A DNA stretch of 64,000 bases, taken from Alphaproteobacteria bacterium. Lineage in GTDB: Bacteria > Pseudomonadota > Alphaproteobacteria > UBA6615. The position numbers and the translations under genes are program-made. Positions 40,059 through 49,875 of the stretch are shown piece by piece. How positions within the stretch are numbered: the first letter of the stretch is position 1; each line of letters starts with the position of its first letter. The notes under the pieces were generated by a model. The model made no database searches, was not told the origin of the DNA, and saw nothing but the letters and a program-made list of their open reading frames with translations. The stretch is from NCBI GenBank assembly GCA_002727315.1, contig PBWR01000007.1, positions 134,075 to 198,074 of the forward strand, written 5' to 3'.

Positions 40059-40829
40059 GTGATGACCGATGGGCCCCGTGTCGCCCTGTTCGTAACCTGT
40101 CTGGTCGATCTGTTTCGGCCGAGCGTAGGTTTCGCCGCGGTGAAGCTGATGCAGGATGCCGGGTGCACCGTCGAGGTGCCCGAGGCCCAGACCTGTTGCG
40201 GCCAGCCGGCCTACAATTCCGGCGACCGGAAGGACACGATCGATATCGCCCGGCAGGTGATCGCGGCCTTTGAGGGCTATGACCATGTGGTCGCGCCGTC
40301 CGGGTCCTGCGCCGGCATGATCATGAAGCACTATCCTGAACTGCTGGCCGACGATCCCGAATGGTCGGCGCGCGCCGCGGACCTGGCCGGCTGCACCCAT
40401 GAGCTGGTCTCGTTCCTGACCGATGTGCTCGGTGTGACGTCGGTGGAGGCCGCGTTCGAGGGCACCGTCACCTATCACGACAGCTGCTCGGGCCTGCGCG
40501 AGCTCGGTATTCACGCCCAGCCGCGCGGTCTTCTGTCCGGCGTCTCGGGCCTGCACCTGCGCGAACTGGAGGACGCCAATGTGTGCTGCGGGTTCGGCGG
40601 CACCTTCTGCGTCAAGTATCCCGACATCTCCAACAACATGGTCTCCAACAAGATGAACCGGATCGTCGAGACCGGCGCCGAGACCCTGCTCGCCGGCGAT
40701 ATGGGCTGTCTCATGAACATGGCCGGCAAGCTGCAGCGCGACGGCGCCAATTTGCGCGTCCGTCACGTGGCCGAGGTGCTGGCGGGGATGGGCGACGAGC
40801 CCGCCATCGGAGAGCTTGCAGATGACTGA
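40059..40829 (+). CDS. lutA: Lactate utilization protein A ((Fe-S)-binding, CCG-domain, YkgE-like)
   Basis: VALFVTCLVDLFRP and TCCGQPAYNSGD, repeated as HDSCSG...VCCGFGG (two CCG domains). Confidence 0.88.
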   Translation: MMTDGPRVALFVTCLVDLFRPSVGFAAVKLMQDAGCTVEVPEAQTCCGQPAYNSGDRKDTIDIARQVIAAFEGYDHVVAPSGSCAGMIMKHYPELLADDPEWSARAADLAGCTHELVSFLTDVLGVTSVEAAFEGTVTYHDSCSGLRELGIHAQPRGLLSGVSGLHLRELEDANVCCGFGGTFCVKYPDISNNMVSNKMNRIVETGAETLLAGDMGCLMNMAGKLQRDGANLRVRHVAEVLAGMGDEPAIGELADD

Positions 40830-42279
40830 GCAGCACGCCACTCACCCGGTCACCAGCCGAAACTTCAAGGCCAACGCCCGCGAGCAGCTGGCCAATGCGG
40901 ATCTGCAGGAAGCGCTCAACAAGGCGCGAGGGCACTTCGTCGAGGGTCGCTCGACGGCGCGCGACAATCTTCCGGAGTTCGATGCGCTGCGCGACCGCGG
41001 CCGCGACATCAAGAACCACACGCTCGAACATCTCGATTTCTATCTCGAGGCCTATGAGGAGAGGGTCCGCGCGTCGGGCGGTCATGTGCACTGGGCGCGG
41101 ACGGCCGCCGATGCCCAGCAGATCGTCCTCGACATCTGCAAGTCGGTCGACGCCAAGACCGTCAACAAGGGCAAGTCGATGATCGGCGAGGAGATCGACA
41201 TCAACGACGTGCTCGAGGCGAACGGCATCCGACCCGTCGAGACCGACCTGGGCGAATACATCATCCAACTGCGCGGCGAGCGGCCGAGCCACATCATCGC
41301 GCCGGCCGTCCACCTGACCAAGGCACAGGTCGAGGCGAGCTTCCGGGAAAACCACACCGAGCTCGATCCGGACCGTGTGCTCGACGAGCCGCCGACGCTG
41401 CTCGACGAGGCGCGCACCATCCTGCGCAAGAAGTATTTCGAGGCCGAGGTCGGGATCACCGGCGCGAACCTGCTGATCGCCGAGACCGGCTCGTCGATCA
41501 TCGTCACCAACGAGGGCAATGGCGATCTGTCCCAGCTGATCCCCAAGGTGCATATCGTGCTGGCGAGCCTGGAGAAGATCGTGCCGACCTTGGAGGATGC
41601 CGCGACCATCCTGCGGGTGCTGGCACGTTCGGCCACAGGCCAGGAATTTTCCAGCTACACCACCCTCTCGACCGGCCCGAAGCGCGAGGGCGACCCCGAC
41701 GGGCCGGAGCAGTACCACGTCGTGCTGCTCGACAATGGTCGCTCGGACATGCTCGGCACCGAGTTCGAGGAGATGCTGCGCTGCATCCGCTGCGGCGCCT
41801 GCATGAACCACTGCCCGGTCTATCAATCGGTCGGCGGACACGCCTATGGCTGGGTCTATCCCGGGCCGATGGGCTCGGTCCTGTCGCCCGGCCTGCTGGG
41901 GGTCGATGAGGCGGGCCACCTGCCCAACGCCTCCTCCTTCTGCGGGCGCTGCGAAGAGGTGTGCCCGATGCATATCCCGCTGCCCAAGATGATGCGCCAT
42001 TGGCGCGAGCGGGAGTTCGAGAACCACCTTTCGCCGGGCTCGGCCCGGCTCGGCATCGGCCTGTGGGCGTTCCTCGCCAAGCGGCCGCGGCTGTACCAGT
42101 TCCTGACCAATATCGACATGCGCATGCTCGCCTGGATGGGCCGCAAGCGCGGCCGCTTGTCCTCGGTGCCGCTGGCCAAGGGCTGGACCAAGTATCGCGA
42201 GCTGCCGGCACCCCAGGGCCGCACCTTCCAGGCGCGCTGGCGCGCCGGGGAGCGACCGGACGCGAGGGCGGGGGCATGA
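40816..42279 (+). CDS. lutB: Lactate utilization iron-sulfur protein B (YkgF/LldF-like)
   Basis: 4Fe-4S motifs CIRCGACMNHCPVY and CGRCEEVCP. 487 aa. Overlaps lutA and lutC. Confidence 0.9.
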   Translation: MQMTEQHATHPVTSRNFKANAREQLANADLQEALNKARGHFVEGRSTARDNLPEFDALRDRGRDIKNHTLEHLDFYLEAYEERVRASGGHVHWARTAADAQQIVLDICKSVDAKTVNKGKSMIGEEIDINDVLEANGIRPVETDLGEYIIQLRGERPSHIIAPAVHLTKAQVEASFRENHTELDPDRVLDEPPTLLDEARTILRKKYFEAEVGITGANLLIAETGSSIIVTNEGNGDLSQLIPKVHIVLASLEKIVPTLEDAATILRVLARSATGQEFSSYTTLSTGPKREGDPDGPEQYHVVLLDNGRSDMLGTEFEEMLRCIRCGACMNHCPVYQSVGGHAYGWVYPGPMGSVLSPGLLGVDEAGHLPNASSFCGRCEEVCPMHIPLPKMMRHWREREFENHLSPGSARLGIGLWAFLAKRPRLYQFLTNIDMRMLAWMGRKRGRLSSVPLAKGWTKYRELPAPQGRTFQARWRAGERPDARAGA

Positions 42280-42971
42280 GCGGGCGCGAGGAAATCCTGT
42301 CGTCGCTGCGCCGTTCGCTCGGTCGTGACAAGCCGGTCGATGCGGACACTGCCGCGACGTTGCGCGCGCGGATCGACGGCCATGCACGCAACATCGTGCC
42401 GGAGCGCACCAATAAAGATCAGGCAAGCCTGGTCGATCTGTTCGAGGAGATGGCCCAGAACGTCTTCGCCACCACCCAGCGCGTGTCGGACATGTCCGAG
42501 GTGCCCGAGGCGGTGGCCGAGTATCTGCGTGGCGCGAACCTGCCCTCGGAGGTGGTCATGGCGCCGGATACGGATTTGGATGCTGCGCCCTGGTCCGACA
42601 ACGAGCTGCTCGAAATCCGCCGCGGAACACCCGTGGAGGCTGACCAGGTCAGCATCACCTCGGCCCCTTCGGCCGTGGCGGAGACGGGAACACTCGCCAT
42701 GTTCTCCGGCCCGGCGCACCCCTCGACCCTGAACTTCATTCCCGAGACCCATGTGGTCGTCCTCCCGGCGAGCCGGGTCGTCAAATCCTATGAGGACGTG
42801 TTCGATGCGGTCCGCGAACAGGCCAACGATCCAGATTCGGGCCGCGCGGGCCTGCCGCCGCGCACGGTGAACTTCGTCACCGGGCCGTCGCGCTCGGGCG
42901 ATATCGAGCAGACGCTCCTGCTGGGCGCGCACGGGCCGCGGCGGCTGCACATCGTCATCGTCGACGACTGA
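42276..42971 (+). CDS. lutC: Lactate utilization protein C (YkgG-like)
   Basis: ATGA overlap with lutB. MSGREEILSSLRRSLG..., SAPSAVAETGTL..., HVVVLPASRVV. 231 aa. Confidence 0.85.
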   Translation: MSGREEILSSLRRSLGRDKPVDADTAATLRARIDGHARNIVPERTNKDQASLVDLFEEMAQNVFATTQRVSDMSEVPEAVAEYLRGANLPSEVVMAPDTDLDAAPWSDNELLEIRRGTPVEADQVSITSAPSAVAETGTLAMFSGPAHPSTLNFIPETHVVVLPASRVVKSYEDVFDAVREQANDPDSGRAGLPPRTVNFVTGPSRSGDIEQTLLLGAHGPRRLHIVIVDD

Positions 42972-42979
42972 GGGCGGTT

Positions 42980-43552
42980 ATGACCTCCGGCGCACCCGAG
43001 GAGGACGATGCGGAACTGTTCCGCCGCGCCCTCAAGGATGCCGAGCCCCTGAAGAACAAGAAGCCGGTGCCGAAATCGTCTGCGCCGATGACGAAACCCG
43101 CGCCGGGCAAACCGGCGAAGAAGGCCCGCGCCAGACCCCCGGTTGCACCGCGCCCGGCCCCGGCGCGTCCCGCGCCGCCGCCCGAGATTGCCGCCGGTGA
43201 GTTTGCCGGTGTCGACCGGCGCACGGCCGACCGGTTCCGGCGCGGCAAGCTTCCCATCGACGGCCACCTCGATCTGCATGGCCACTATCAGGACGCGGCC
43301 CATGCGGCGTTGACCGATTTCATTGCCTCGAGCGCGGCCTCGGGCCGCCGGATGCTGCTGGTCATCACCGGCCGCGGCTCGCGTGAGGGCTCCGGCGTGC
43401 TCCGCGAACGCCTGCCCGGCTGGCTCAACCAGCCGCCGTGCCGCGCCCATGTGCTGGCCTTCACCCGGGCCCAGCCCCAGCATGGCGGCGACGGGGCGTT
43501 CTATGTGCTGCTCCGGCGCAAGCGCGATGGCAAGGGGGGCGGCCGGTCATGA
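42980..43552 (+). CDS. Smr domain-containing protein (small MutS-related nuclease family)
   Basis: C-terminal Smr domain: DLHGHYQDAAHAAL, LLVITGRGS, GGDGAFYVLL. Pro/Lys-rich linker. Confidence 0.85.
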   Translation: MTSGAPEEDDAELFRRALKDAEPLKNKKPVPKSSAPMTKPAPGKPAKKARARPPVAPRPAPARPAPPPEIAAGEFAGVDRRTADRFRRGKLPIDGHLDLHGHYQDAAHAALTDFIASSAASGRRMLLVITGRGSREGSGVLRERLPGWLNQPPCRAHVLAFTRAQPQHGGDGAFYVLLRRKRDGKGGGRS

Positions 43553-43908
43553 CCCCGTTCGGCGACAAGGTGCGCGCGCTGCGCGCGGAGCGTGGCCTGA
43601 CCCTGAAGGCGATGGCAGCGGACCTGGAGCTCTCACCGGCCTACCTGTCGTCGCTGGAACACGGGCATCGCGGCCGGCCGACCGAGGCGCTGGTGGTGCA
43701 GATCTGCGAGTACTTCAACCTGATCTGGGACGATTACGAGGAGATGCACCGCCTCGCCCGTGTGTCACACCCGAAGATCACGGTCGACACGTCGGGGCTG
43801 ACCCCGACCCACACGGAACTTGCCAACACGCTGGCCGAGAAGATCGCGGATATGTCAGAGCAGGACGCCACCGCCATGCTGGCGCGGCTCAGAGGGGACT
43901 TATTCTAG
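43549..43908 (+). CDS. XRE-family helix-turn-helix transcriptional regulator
   Basis: ATGA overlap with smr. GDKVRALRAERGLTLKAMAADLELSPAYLSSLEHGHRGRP is a typical HTH_XRE segment. 119 aa. Confidence 0.8.
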   Translation: MTPFGDKVRALRAERGLTLKAMAADLELSPAYLSSLEHGHRGRPTEALVVQICEYFNLIWDDYEEMHRLARVSHPKITVDTSGLTPTHTELANTLAEKIADMSEQDATAMLARLRGDLF

Positions 43909-43921
43909 GGTCCCTGAGCTC

Positions 43922-43951
43922 CGTCATGCGCGGACTTGGTCCGCGCATCTC
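43922..43951 (-). repeat. REP-like hairpin, copy 2 (cgtc-ATGCGCGGA-cttgg-TCCGCGCAT-ctc)
   Basis: Inverted orientation relative to copies at 28364-28393 and 44840-44869. It lies between the convergent HTH and cyclase-family genes, so it could act as a bidirectional terminator. Confidence 0.8.
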
Positions 43952-43958
43952 CTGAAAA

Positions 43959-44744
43959 TCAGTCGAACATCATCGCGACGCAGCGGATCCAGCCGCCCGA
44001 CGCGCCTTTGATCTTCCACGGCATGCAGCTGACCATGAACCCGTGGTCGGGCAGGGTCTCGAGGTTGAGCAGCTTCTCCATGTGGCAGTAGGGCTGCTCG
44101 ATGCCCGCCCAGTGCCCCTGCCAGACGGCATGGGCGTCCTTGTCGCGGGCATAGGTTTCCTGCTGTAGCGCGAAGGGCGCGTCCCAGCCCCAGGCGTCGA
44201 TGCCCGTCACCCGCACTCCGTGATCGCGGGTCAGATAGAGCGTCGCATCCTTGCCCATGCCGATGCCGCGGGTCAGGTATTCCTCGGTGCCGTAATACTC
44301 CGACGCCCGGGTGTTCACGAGCACGATGTCGAGCGGCTGCAGTTCGTAGTCGATGCGCTTGAGCTCGGCCTCGATGTCGGACGGCTGGACGATGTAGCCG
44401 TCATCGAAGTGGCGGAAATCGAACTTCACGGCCGGGCGGTAGAACCAGCTGAGCGGCAGATCGTCGATGGTCTGCATCGGGTTCCCGTCCTTGTCGTGGG
44501 AATGATAGTGCCAGGGTGCGTCGATATGAGTGCCGTTGTGGGTCGTCAGGGTGACGATCTCCCAGGCCCAGCCCTCGCCGTCGGGCAGGTCGACCGCCTT
44601 CATGCCCGGGAAGAAGCTCGCCATCGCCTCGGCGTTTTCCTCCTGGTTCACGTACTGGATCTTCGGGCGCATGATTTCCGGGTCGACGACGGTGTCGTTG
44701 TCCAGTGCCATCGAAAGATCGACGATTTTTGTGGGTATCTGCAT
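43959..44744 (-). CDS. Cyclase-family protein (kynurenine formamidase-like, PF04199 type)
   Basis: The HxGTHxDxPxH motif is present as THNGTHIDAPWHY. 261 aa. Confidence 0.8.
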   Translation of the reverse strand: MQIPTKIVDLSMALDNDTVVDPEIMRPKIQYVNQEENAEAMASFFPGMKAVDLPDGEGWAWEIVTLTTHNGTHIDAPWHYHSHDKDGNPMQTIDDLPLSWFYRPAVKFDFRHFDDGYIVQPSDIEAELKRIDYELQPLDIVLVNTRASEYYGTEEYLTRGIGMGKDATLYLTRDHGVRVTGIDAWGWDAPFALQQETYARDKDAHAVWQGHWAGIEQPYCHMEKLLNLETLPDHGFMVSCMPWKIKGASGGWIRCVAMMFD

Positions 44745-44839
44745 GGTGGTCTCTCCCCCTGGAGTATTGGACGGGTGTGCTTGTTGGTTGTCGCCAGTCT
44801 ACGACGGTGCTGGTCCGGGGGGAAAGCAGGTGCGAAAAT

Positions 44840-44869
44840 GAGATGCGCGGATCAAGTCCGCGCATGACG
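44840..44869 (+). repeat. REP-like hairpin, copy 3 (gag-ATGCGCGGA-tcaag-TCCGCGCAT-gacg)
   Basis: Identical to copy 1 (28364-28393). It lies 13 nt downstream of the hslU stop, so it is a likely hslVU terminator. Confidence 0.8.
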
Positions 44870-44881
44870 CGGGGACAGACG

Positions 44882-46189
44882 CTACAGGATGAACTTCGAC
44901 AAATCCGCGTTCTTGGTCAGCTCTTCCAGCCGCTCGCGGACCATCGCCTCGTCAATGGTGATCTCCTCGCCGTCCCGGTCGGGGGCGGAAAAGCTGATCT
45001 CGTCGAGCAGGCGCTCGAGCACCGTGTGCAGGCGCCGTGCGCCGATATTCTCCACCGACTGATTGATCTCGGCTGACATCTCGGCCAGCGTGTCGATCGC
45101 ATCTTCGGTGAAGTTCAGGGTCACGCCCTCGGTTTCCATCAGGGCTGTGTACTGGCGGATCAGGCTGTTTTCCGGCTCGCGCAGGATGCGGCCGAAATCC
45201 TCGCGAGTTAGCGCCTTGAGCTCGACACGGATCGGCAGTCGGCCCTGCAGCTCTGGTAGCAGGTCCGACGGTTTGGCCAGGTGGAACGCGCCCGAGGCGA
45301 TGAACAGGATATGGTCGGTCTTCACCGCGCCGTACTTGGTGGCCACGGTGGTGCCCTCGATCAGGGGCAGAAGGTCGCGCTGCACGCCTTCGCGGCTGAC
45401 ATCGGCGCCCTGCCGGTCCGAGCGCGCGGTGATCTTGTCGATCTCGTCGAGGAAGACAATGCCATTGTCCTCGACCGACTTGAGCGCCTCCTGCACCAGC
45501 TTGTCCTCGTCCAGCAGCTTGTCGGCCTCGTCGCCGATCAGCACGTCGTAGCTTTCCGCCACGGTCATGCGCCGCGGCTTGGTCTGCTGGCCGAAGGCCT
45601 TGCCCAGCATGTCGTTGAGATTGATCATGCCCATCTGGGCGCCGGGCATGCCGGGGATTTCCATGGTCGGCATGCCGCCGCCGGAATCCGCCACATCGAT
45701 CTCGATCTCCTTGTCGTCGAGCTCGCCGGCGCGCAGTTTCTCGCGGAACGAGGCGCGGGTGGACTCGCTCGCCGTCTCGCCGACTAGCGCGTCGAGGACG
45801 CGGGCCTCGGCATTGTATTCGGCCTGGGCGACGACCTCTTTCCGGCGGTTCTCGCGCGTCATCATGATGGCTTGCTCGACCAGGTCGCGGACGATCGATT
45901 CCACGTCCCGGCCGACATAGCCGACCTCGGTGAACTTGGTTGCCTCGATCTTGATGAAGGGCGCGTTGGCGAGGCGGGCGAGCCGGCGCGAGATCTCGGT
46001 CTTGCCGACGCCGGTCGGGCCGATCATCAGGATGTTCTTGGGCAGCACTTCCTCGCGCAGATCCTCGGGCAGCTGCTGGCGGCGCCAGCGGTTGCGCAGC
46101 GCGATGGCGACGGCGCGCTTGGCGTCGTTCTGGCCGACGATGAACCGGTCGAGCTCGGAGACGATCTCACGCGGGGAAAAGTTGGTCAT
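44882..46189 (-). CDS. hslU: ATP-dependent protease ATPase subunit HslU
   Basis: [15 protein letters not shown] and Walker [11 protein letters not shown]. 435 aa, C-terminal ...DLSKFIL. Confidence 0.97.
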   Translation of the reverse strand: MTNFSPREIVSELDRFIVGQNDAKRAVAIALRNRWRRQQLPEDLREEVLPKNILMIGPTGVGKTEISRRLARLANAPFIKIEATKFTEVGYVGRDVESIVRDLVEQAIMMTRENRRKEVVAQAEYNAEARVLDALVGETASESTRASFREKLRAGELDDKEIEIDVADSGGGMPTMEIPGMPGAQMGMINLNDMLGKAFGQQTKPRRMTVAESYDVLIGDEADKLLDEDKLVQEALKSVEDNGIVFLDEIDKITARSDRQGADVSREGVQRDLLPLIEGTTVATKYGAVKTDHILFIASGAFHLAKPSDLLPELQGRLPIRVELKALTREDFGRILREPENSLIRQYTALMETEGVTLNFTEDAIDTLAEMSAEINQSVENIGARRLHTVLERLLDEISFSAPDRDGEEITIDEAMVRERLEELTKNADLSKFIL

Positions 46190-46199
46190 GGGGCTTCAA

Positions 46200-46760
46200 T
46201 CAGAGGGTTTCGATGGTCACGTTGGTGTTGGTGTAGACGCAGATACCGGCCGCGATTGCCATCGCCTGTTCGGCGATCTCGAGGGCGCCGAGGTCCTCCC
46301 GGCCAACCAGCGCACGCGCCGCGGCGAGCGCGTAATTGCCGCCCGAGCCGATGGCTATGATGCCGTCATCGGGCTCCAGCACATCGCCGGTGCCGGTCAG
46401 CACGAGCGAGGTTTCCTTGCTGGCGACGGCCATCATGGCCTCGAGCCGGCGCAGATAGCGGTCGGTCCGCCAGTCCTTCGCCAGCTCGACGCAGGCGCGG
46501 GTCAGCTGTCCGGGATGCTGCTCGAGCTTGGCCTCAAGGCGCTCGAACAAGGTCATGGCGTCAGCGGTGGCCCCGGCGAAGCCGGCGATCACGCTGCCGT
46601 CGCCCAGCAGCCGGACCTTGCGCGCGCTGGCCTTGATCACGGTCTGGCCGAGGGAGACCTGGCCATCGCCGGCAATCACCACCTGGTCGCCCTTGCGGAC
46701 CGACAGGATGGTGGTGCCGTGCCAGGTCGGAATGCGGTCGTCGTCATGTGCTGCGATCAT
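46200..46760 (-). CDS. hslV: ATP-dependent protease subunit HslV
   Basis: [26 protein letters not shown], with a catalytic Thr after processing. Start taken at MIAAHDD (ATG 46760). Confidence 0.93.
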   Translation of the reverse strand: MIAAHDDDRIPTWHGTTILSVRKGDQVVIAGDGQVSLGQTVIKASARKVRLLGDGSVIAGFAGATADAMTLFERLEAKLEQHPGQLTRACVELAKDWRTDRYLRRLEAMMAVASKETSLVLTGTGDVLEPDDGIIAIGSGGNYALAAARALVGREDLGALEIAEQAMAIAAGICVYTNTNVTIETL

Positions 46761-46916
46761 GGTCTTGCTGCGTTCGTGGTTGCCGGGCACGGAAGCCCGT
46801 GGTCGGGGAGTCCTGCCGTATCCGGCCGCGCGGCGCAATGGCCGAGAGGTTTCATTTGGGGTGCTGCGGGGCCGGATCAAGCCCGCAGGGCGCGCGGGCC
46901 GGGGCCGGAAACCCGC

Positions 46917-47120
46917 CTAGGCCTTTACGTCGATGATGAATCGGAAGGGCGTGTCGTTGCCGCCGGACGCGCTCTGGTTTTCGCCAATGTGAAGCGAGGC
47001 GGCGTTGCGCGGCTCCACGCGCCCGGACAGGATGACGAAGCTGAGCTCGGCGTCGGCGCCGGCCTTGAGTAGGATATCTCCGTTGGAAAAGGCACGGGCG
47101 CGCCCGGGCAAGGTGTTCAT
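46917..47120 (-). CDS. Hypothetical small protein; N-terminal half resembles the start of a cNMP-binding domain
   Basis: 67 aa with high GC3. [26 protein letters not shown] resembles the Crp-type f.kGe.l...Gd....lyiilsG.v pattern but is far too short for a full domain. Confidence 0.4.
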   Translation of the reverse strand: MNTLPGRARAFSNGDILLKAGADAELSFVILSGRVEPRNAASLHIGENQSASGGNDTPFRFIIDVKA

Positions 47121-47281
47121 CGTGGACAGGACAGGGCGAAAATCCGGGTTCGCGCATGATGCGCAATTCCGCGCGTTCCGCAATCCACTTCGCAGCGATT
47201 GGCTTCCGGGATGGCGCCGGGCGCGGTTCGCTGCTATTTAGGCGCCGCATTCGGCCCAAAACCGGTTTGCAGGAGAAAACG

Positions 47282-47923
47282 ATGAGTGTTCAAGAGCTTC
47301 CCGCGCGCAAGGACGGTGAACAACGGACCGCCGAAGTGGTGCGCACGACGAAGGAGACCGACATTTCCGTCGCGGTGAACCTCGACGGAACCGGCGCCTA
47401 TGACGTGGAAACGGGAATCGGTTTCCTCGATCACATGCTCGAGCAGCTTTCGCGGCACAGCCTGATCGACCTGACCGTGCGCGCGAAGGGTGACCTGCAC
47501 ATCGATTTTCACCACACGACCGAGGACAGCGGCTACGCCGTCGGCGAGGCGATCAGTCTGGCCCTGGGCGACCGGCGCGGCATTCGCCGCTATGGCGACG
47601 CCTTGGTGCCGATGGACGAAACCCTGACCCGGGTCGCGCTCGACGCGTCGAACCGGCCCTTCCTGGTCTGGAAGGTGGCCTTCACCCGCCCGAAACTGGG
47701 CGACATGGACACCGAGCTGTTCCAGGAATGGTTCCGGGCCTTCGCCCAGTCGGCGGGCCTGACGCTGCATGTCGCGACGCTGTACGGCGAGAACAACCAT
47801 CACATGGTCGAGTCCTGCTACAAGGGTCTCGCCCGCGCCCTGCGTATCGCCGCGGAGATCGATCCCCGGCGCGCCGACGATGTGCCGTCGACGAAGGGTG
47901 TATTGGGCGGCTCGCTGGACTAG
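47282..47923 (+). CDS. hisB: Imidazoleglycerol-phosphate dehydratase
   Basis: [27 protein letters not shown] and HHTTED motifs. Confidence 0.95.
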   Translation: MSVQELPARKDGEQRTAEVVRTTKETDISVAVNLDGTGAYDVETGIGFLDHMLEQLSRHSLIDLTVRAKGDLHIDFHHTTEDSGYAVGEAISLALGDRRGIRRYGDALVPMDETLTRVALDASNRPFLVWKVAFTRPKLGDMDTELFQEWFRAFAQSAGLTLHVATLYGENNHHMVESCYKGLARALRIAAEIDPRRADDVPSTKGVLGGSLD

Positions 47924-47954
47924 ACGGCGGGCCGGTTGTTGAACTGACGGCCGA

Positions 47955-48842
47955 ATGGCCGAACGGCAGCGGACGATGAACGAAATCGGGACCCCGACTG
48001 GCGGCACTCCGGCCCGCCGATCCGAACACACGCCCGGCGCGGTGCCGACGGCGGTGAGCGCGGCTGCCTACGGCCCGCTGGTGCGGGCCCGGAAATGGAT
48101 GGTCGACCGGATGGTGGCCCGCCGGGCGCGCCGGGCCGAGGCGATCCTGCGCCGCAACACGACGCTGTGGGACCTGATGACCCGTGCGGCGGCGGGCACG
48201 GCCGTCACCGGCGCGTCCTATTCGGATTATCTGACGCTCTACGAGCAGGTCCGGGCCTATCGGCCGCGCGAGATCCTTGAATGCGGCACCGGGATTTCGA
48301 CGGTCGTGCTGGCGTGTGCGCTTATCGAGAATGCCGCTGAGGATGGCGGCGAGCTGGGCCGGGTCACGTCCATGGAGGACGACCGGGACTGGTTCGAGGT
48401 GGCGGGCAAGCGCCTGCCGGACGAGGTGCGCAGCGTGGTCGACCTGATCCACAGCCCCAAGGTGGACGGATTCTACAAGTGTTTCCGCGGGGTCCAGTAT
48501 GCTGAGCTGCCCGGCCGGCCGTTCGACTTCGTGTTCTCCGACGGGCCCGACCGCCATTCGCCGGTCAATGGCGACAAGCTGTTCAATCTCGACCTGATTC
48601 ATGTGGTGCGCCGCTCGGAAACGCCGGTGCGCGCCGTCGTCGACAACCACTATCTGACCTTCTACATCCTGCAGAAAATCTTCGGCATTGCGCAGGCCCG
48701 CTACAGCGTCAGCCACAAGCTGATGTTCGTGGGGCCGGTGACGAAGCGCGACGTGCGGTTCCTGCGGAAGGAATCCTTCCTGCCTGACTTGCGCATCTTC
48801 TCGACGACGGAGCTCAAGCTCCGCATGGCGCGGGAGGACTGA
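47955..48842 (+). CDS. Hypothetical protein with class I SAM-methyltransferase-like motif I
   Basis: REILECGTGISTVVLA (E-x-G-x-G motif I), an acidic motif-II-like LGRVTSMEDD, and FDFVFSDGP. Arg-rich N-terminus. The true start is uncertain. Confidence 0.55.
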   Translation: MAERQRTMNEIGTPTGGTPARRSEHTPGAVPTAVSAAAYGPLVRARKWMVDRMVARRARRAEAILRRNTTLWDLMTRAAAGTAVTGASYSDYLTLYEQVRAYRPREILECGTGISTVVLACALIENAAEDGGELGRVTSMEDDRDWFEVAGKRLPDEVRSVVDLIHSPKVDGFYKCFRGVQYAELPGRPFDFVFSDGPDRHSPVNGDKLFNLDLIHVVRRSETPVRAVVDNHYLTFYILQKIFGIAQARYSVSHKLMFVGPVTKRDVRFLRKESFLPDLRIFSTTELKLRMARED

Positions 48843-48845
48843 GCG

Positions 48846-49220
48846 GTGGGTGAGAAGCTTTATACGGTGCACACGCGGGCCTGGTCCGGCGCGGCGGATG
48901 GCGATGCGACCTTCGTCAAGGAGGGATTCTGCTGGCCGGCATTCTTCTTCGGCCCGCTCTGGGCCCTGTGGCACGGCATGTGGCGGACGGCGATCGTCCT
49001 GCTGGTCCTGTCGGCCGTGGTCAGCGGGCTGGCGATCGGCGCTAGCCTGACCGATGCGGGTGAATTCGCCCTGTCCGGCGTGCTGCAGGTGGCGATCGGC
49101 CTGTGGGCCAACGACTGGCGCCGGCGGGTGCTGGCCCGGCGGGATTTCTTCGAGCGCGGCGCGGTCGCGGGGCGGCGCCTGCGCGATGCCGAAATGCGCT
49201 ACCTGCGTGGTGCGGTCTAG
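48846..49220 (+). CDS. DUF2628 domain-containing membrane protein
   Basis: [20 protein letters not shown] motif. As I recall it, this family commonly sits between hisB and hisH in Alphaproteobacteria. GTG start. Confidence 0.75.
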   Translation: MGEKLYTVHTRAWSGAADGDATFVKEGFCWPAFFFGPLWALWHGMWRTAIVLLVLSAVVSGLAIGASLTDAGEFALSGVLQVAIGLWANDWRRRVLARRDFFERGAVAGRRLRDAEMRYLRGAV

Positions 49221-49224
49221 GGCC

Positions 49225-49875
49225 ATGGAAACCGTCGCGATCATCGACTACGGGTCGGGCAATCTGCGCTCGGCCGCCAAGGCGTTCGAGCGTGCGGCCA
49301 GCGAGGCCGAGTTCGATCGCGCAATCATCGTGACCGAGGATGCCGACACCGTGGCCGGGGCCGACCGGGTCGTGCTGCCGGGCGTCGGGGCGTTCCGCGA
49401 TTGCCGCGACGGGCTTGCGGCCCGCGACGGCATGCTGGACGCCTTGCAGGCGGCCGTGATCGACAAGGCGCGGCCGTTCCTCGGGATTTGCGTGGGCATG
49501 CAGCTGATGGCGAGCCGCGGCCTGGAGCATGGCGAGACGCCGGGCTTCGACTGGATCTCCGGCGAGGTAGTGCCGATCGCGCCCGACGATCCGGCGCTCA
49601 AGATTCCTCACATGGGCTGGAACGAGCTCGACATCCGGGCGGCCGATCACCCGCTGCTGGCGAACTTCGCCGACCCGCGCCCTCACGCCTATTTCGTGCA
49701 CAGCTATCACCTGGCCGCGCGCGCGCCGGGCAACGTGCTGGCGACGGTCGATTATGGCGGCACGTTTACCGCCGTGGTCGGACGCGACAACATGATCGGA
49801 ACCCAGTTCCATCCCGAGAAGAGCCAGCACACCGGGCTGGCGCTGATCACGGCCTTCCTGGGGTGGTCGCCATGA
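49225..49875 (+). CDS. hisH: Imidazole glycerol phosphate synthase, glutamine amidotransferase subunit
   Basis: [33 protein letters not shown] (catalytic Cys) and QFHPEKS motifs. Confidence 0.95.
   Translation: METVAIIDYGSGNLRSAAKAFERAASEAEFDRAIIVTEDADTVAGADRVVLPGVGAFRDCRDGLAARDGMLDALQAAVIDKARPFLGICVGMQLMASRGLEHGETPGFDWISGEVVPIAPDDPALKIPHMGWNELDIRAADHPLLANFADPRPHAYFVHSYHLAARAPGNVLATVDYGGTFTAVVGRDNMIGTQFHPEKSQHTGLALITAFLGWSP

Noticed and set aside
40711-42426. 571-aa minus-strand ORF
   Set aside because: Antisense to lutB/lutC, which carry clear 4Fe-4S and LutC motifs.
47682-49244. 520-aa minus-strand ORF
   Set aside because: Antisense to the hisB 3' end, the methyltransferase-like ORF and DUF2628. 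It has a low-complexity Arg/Pro-rich translation.
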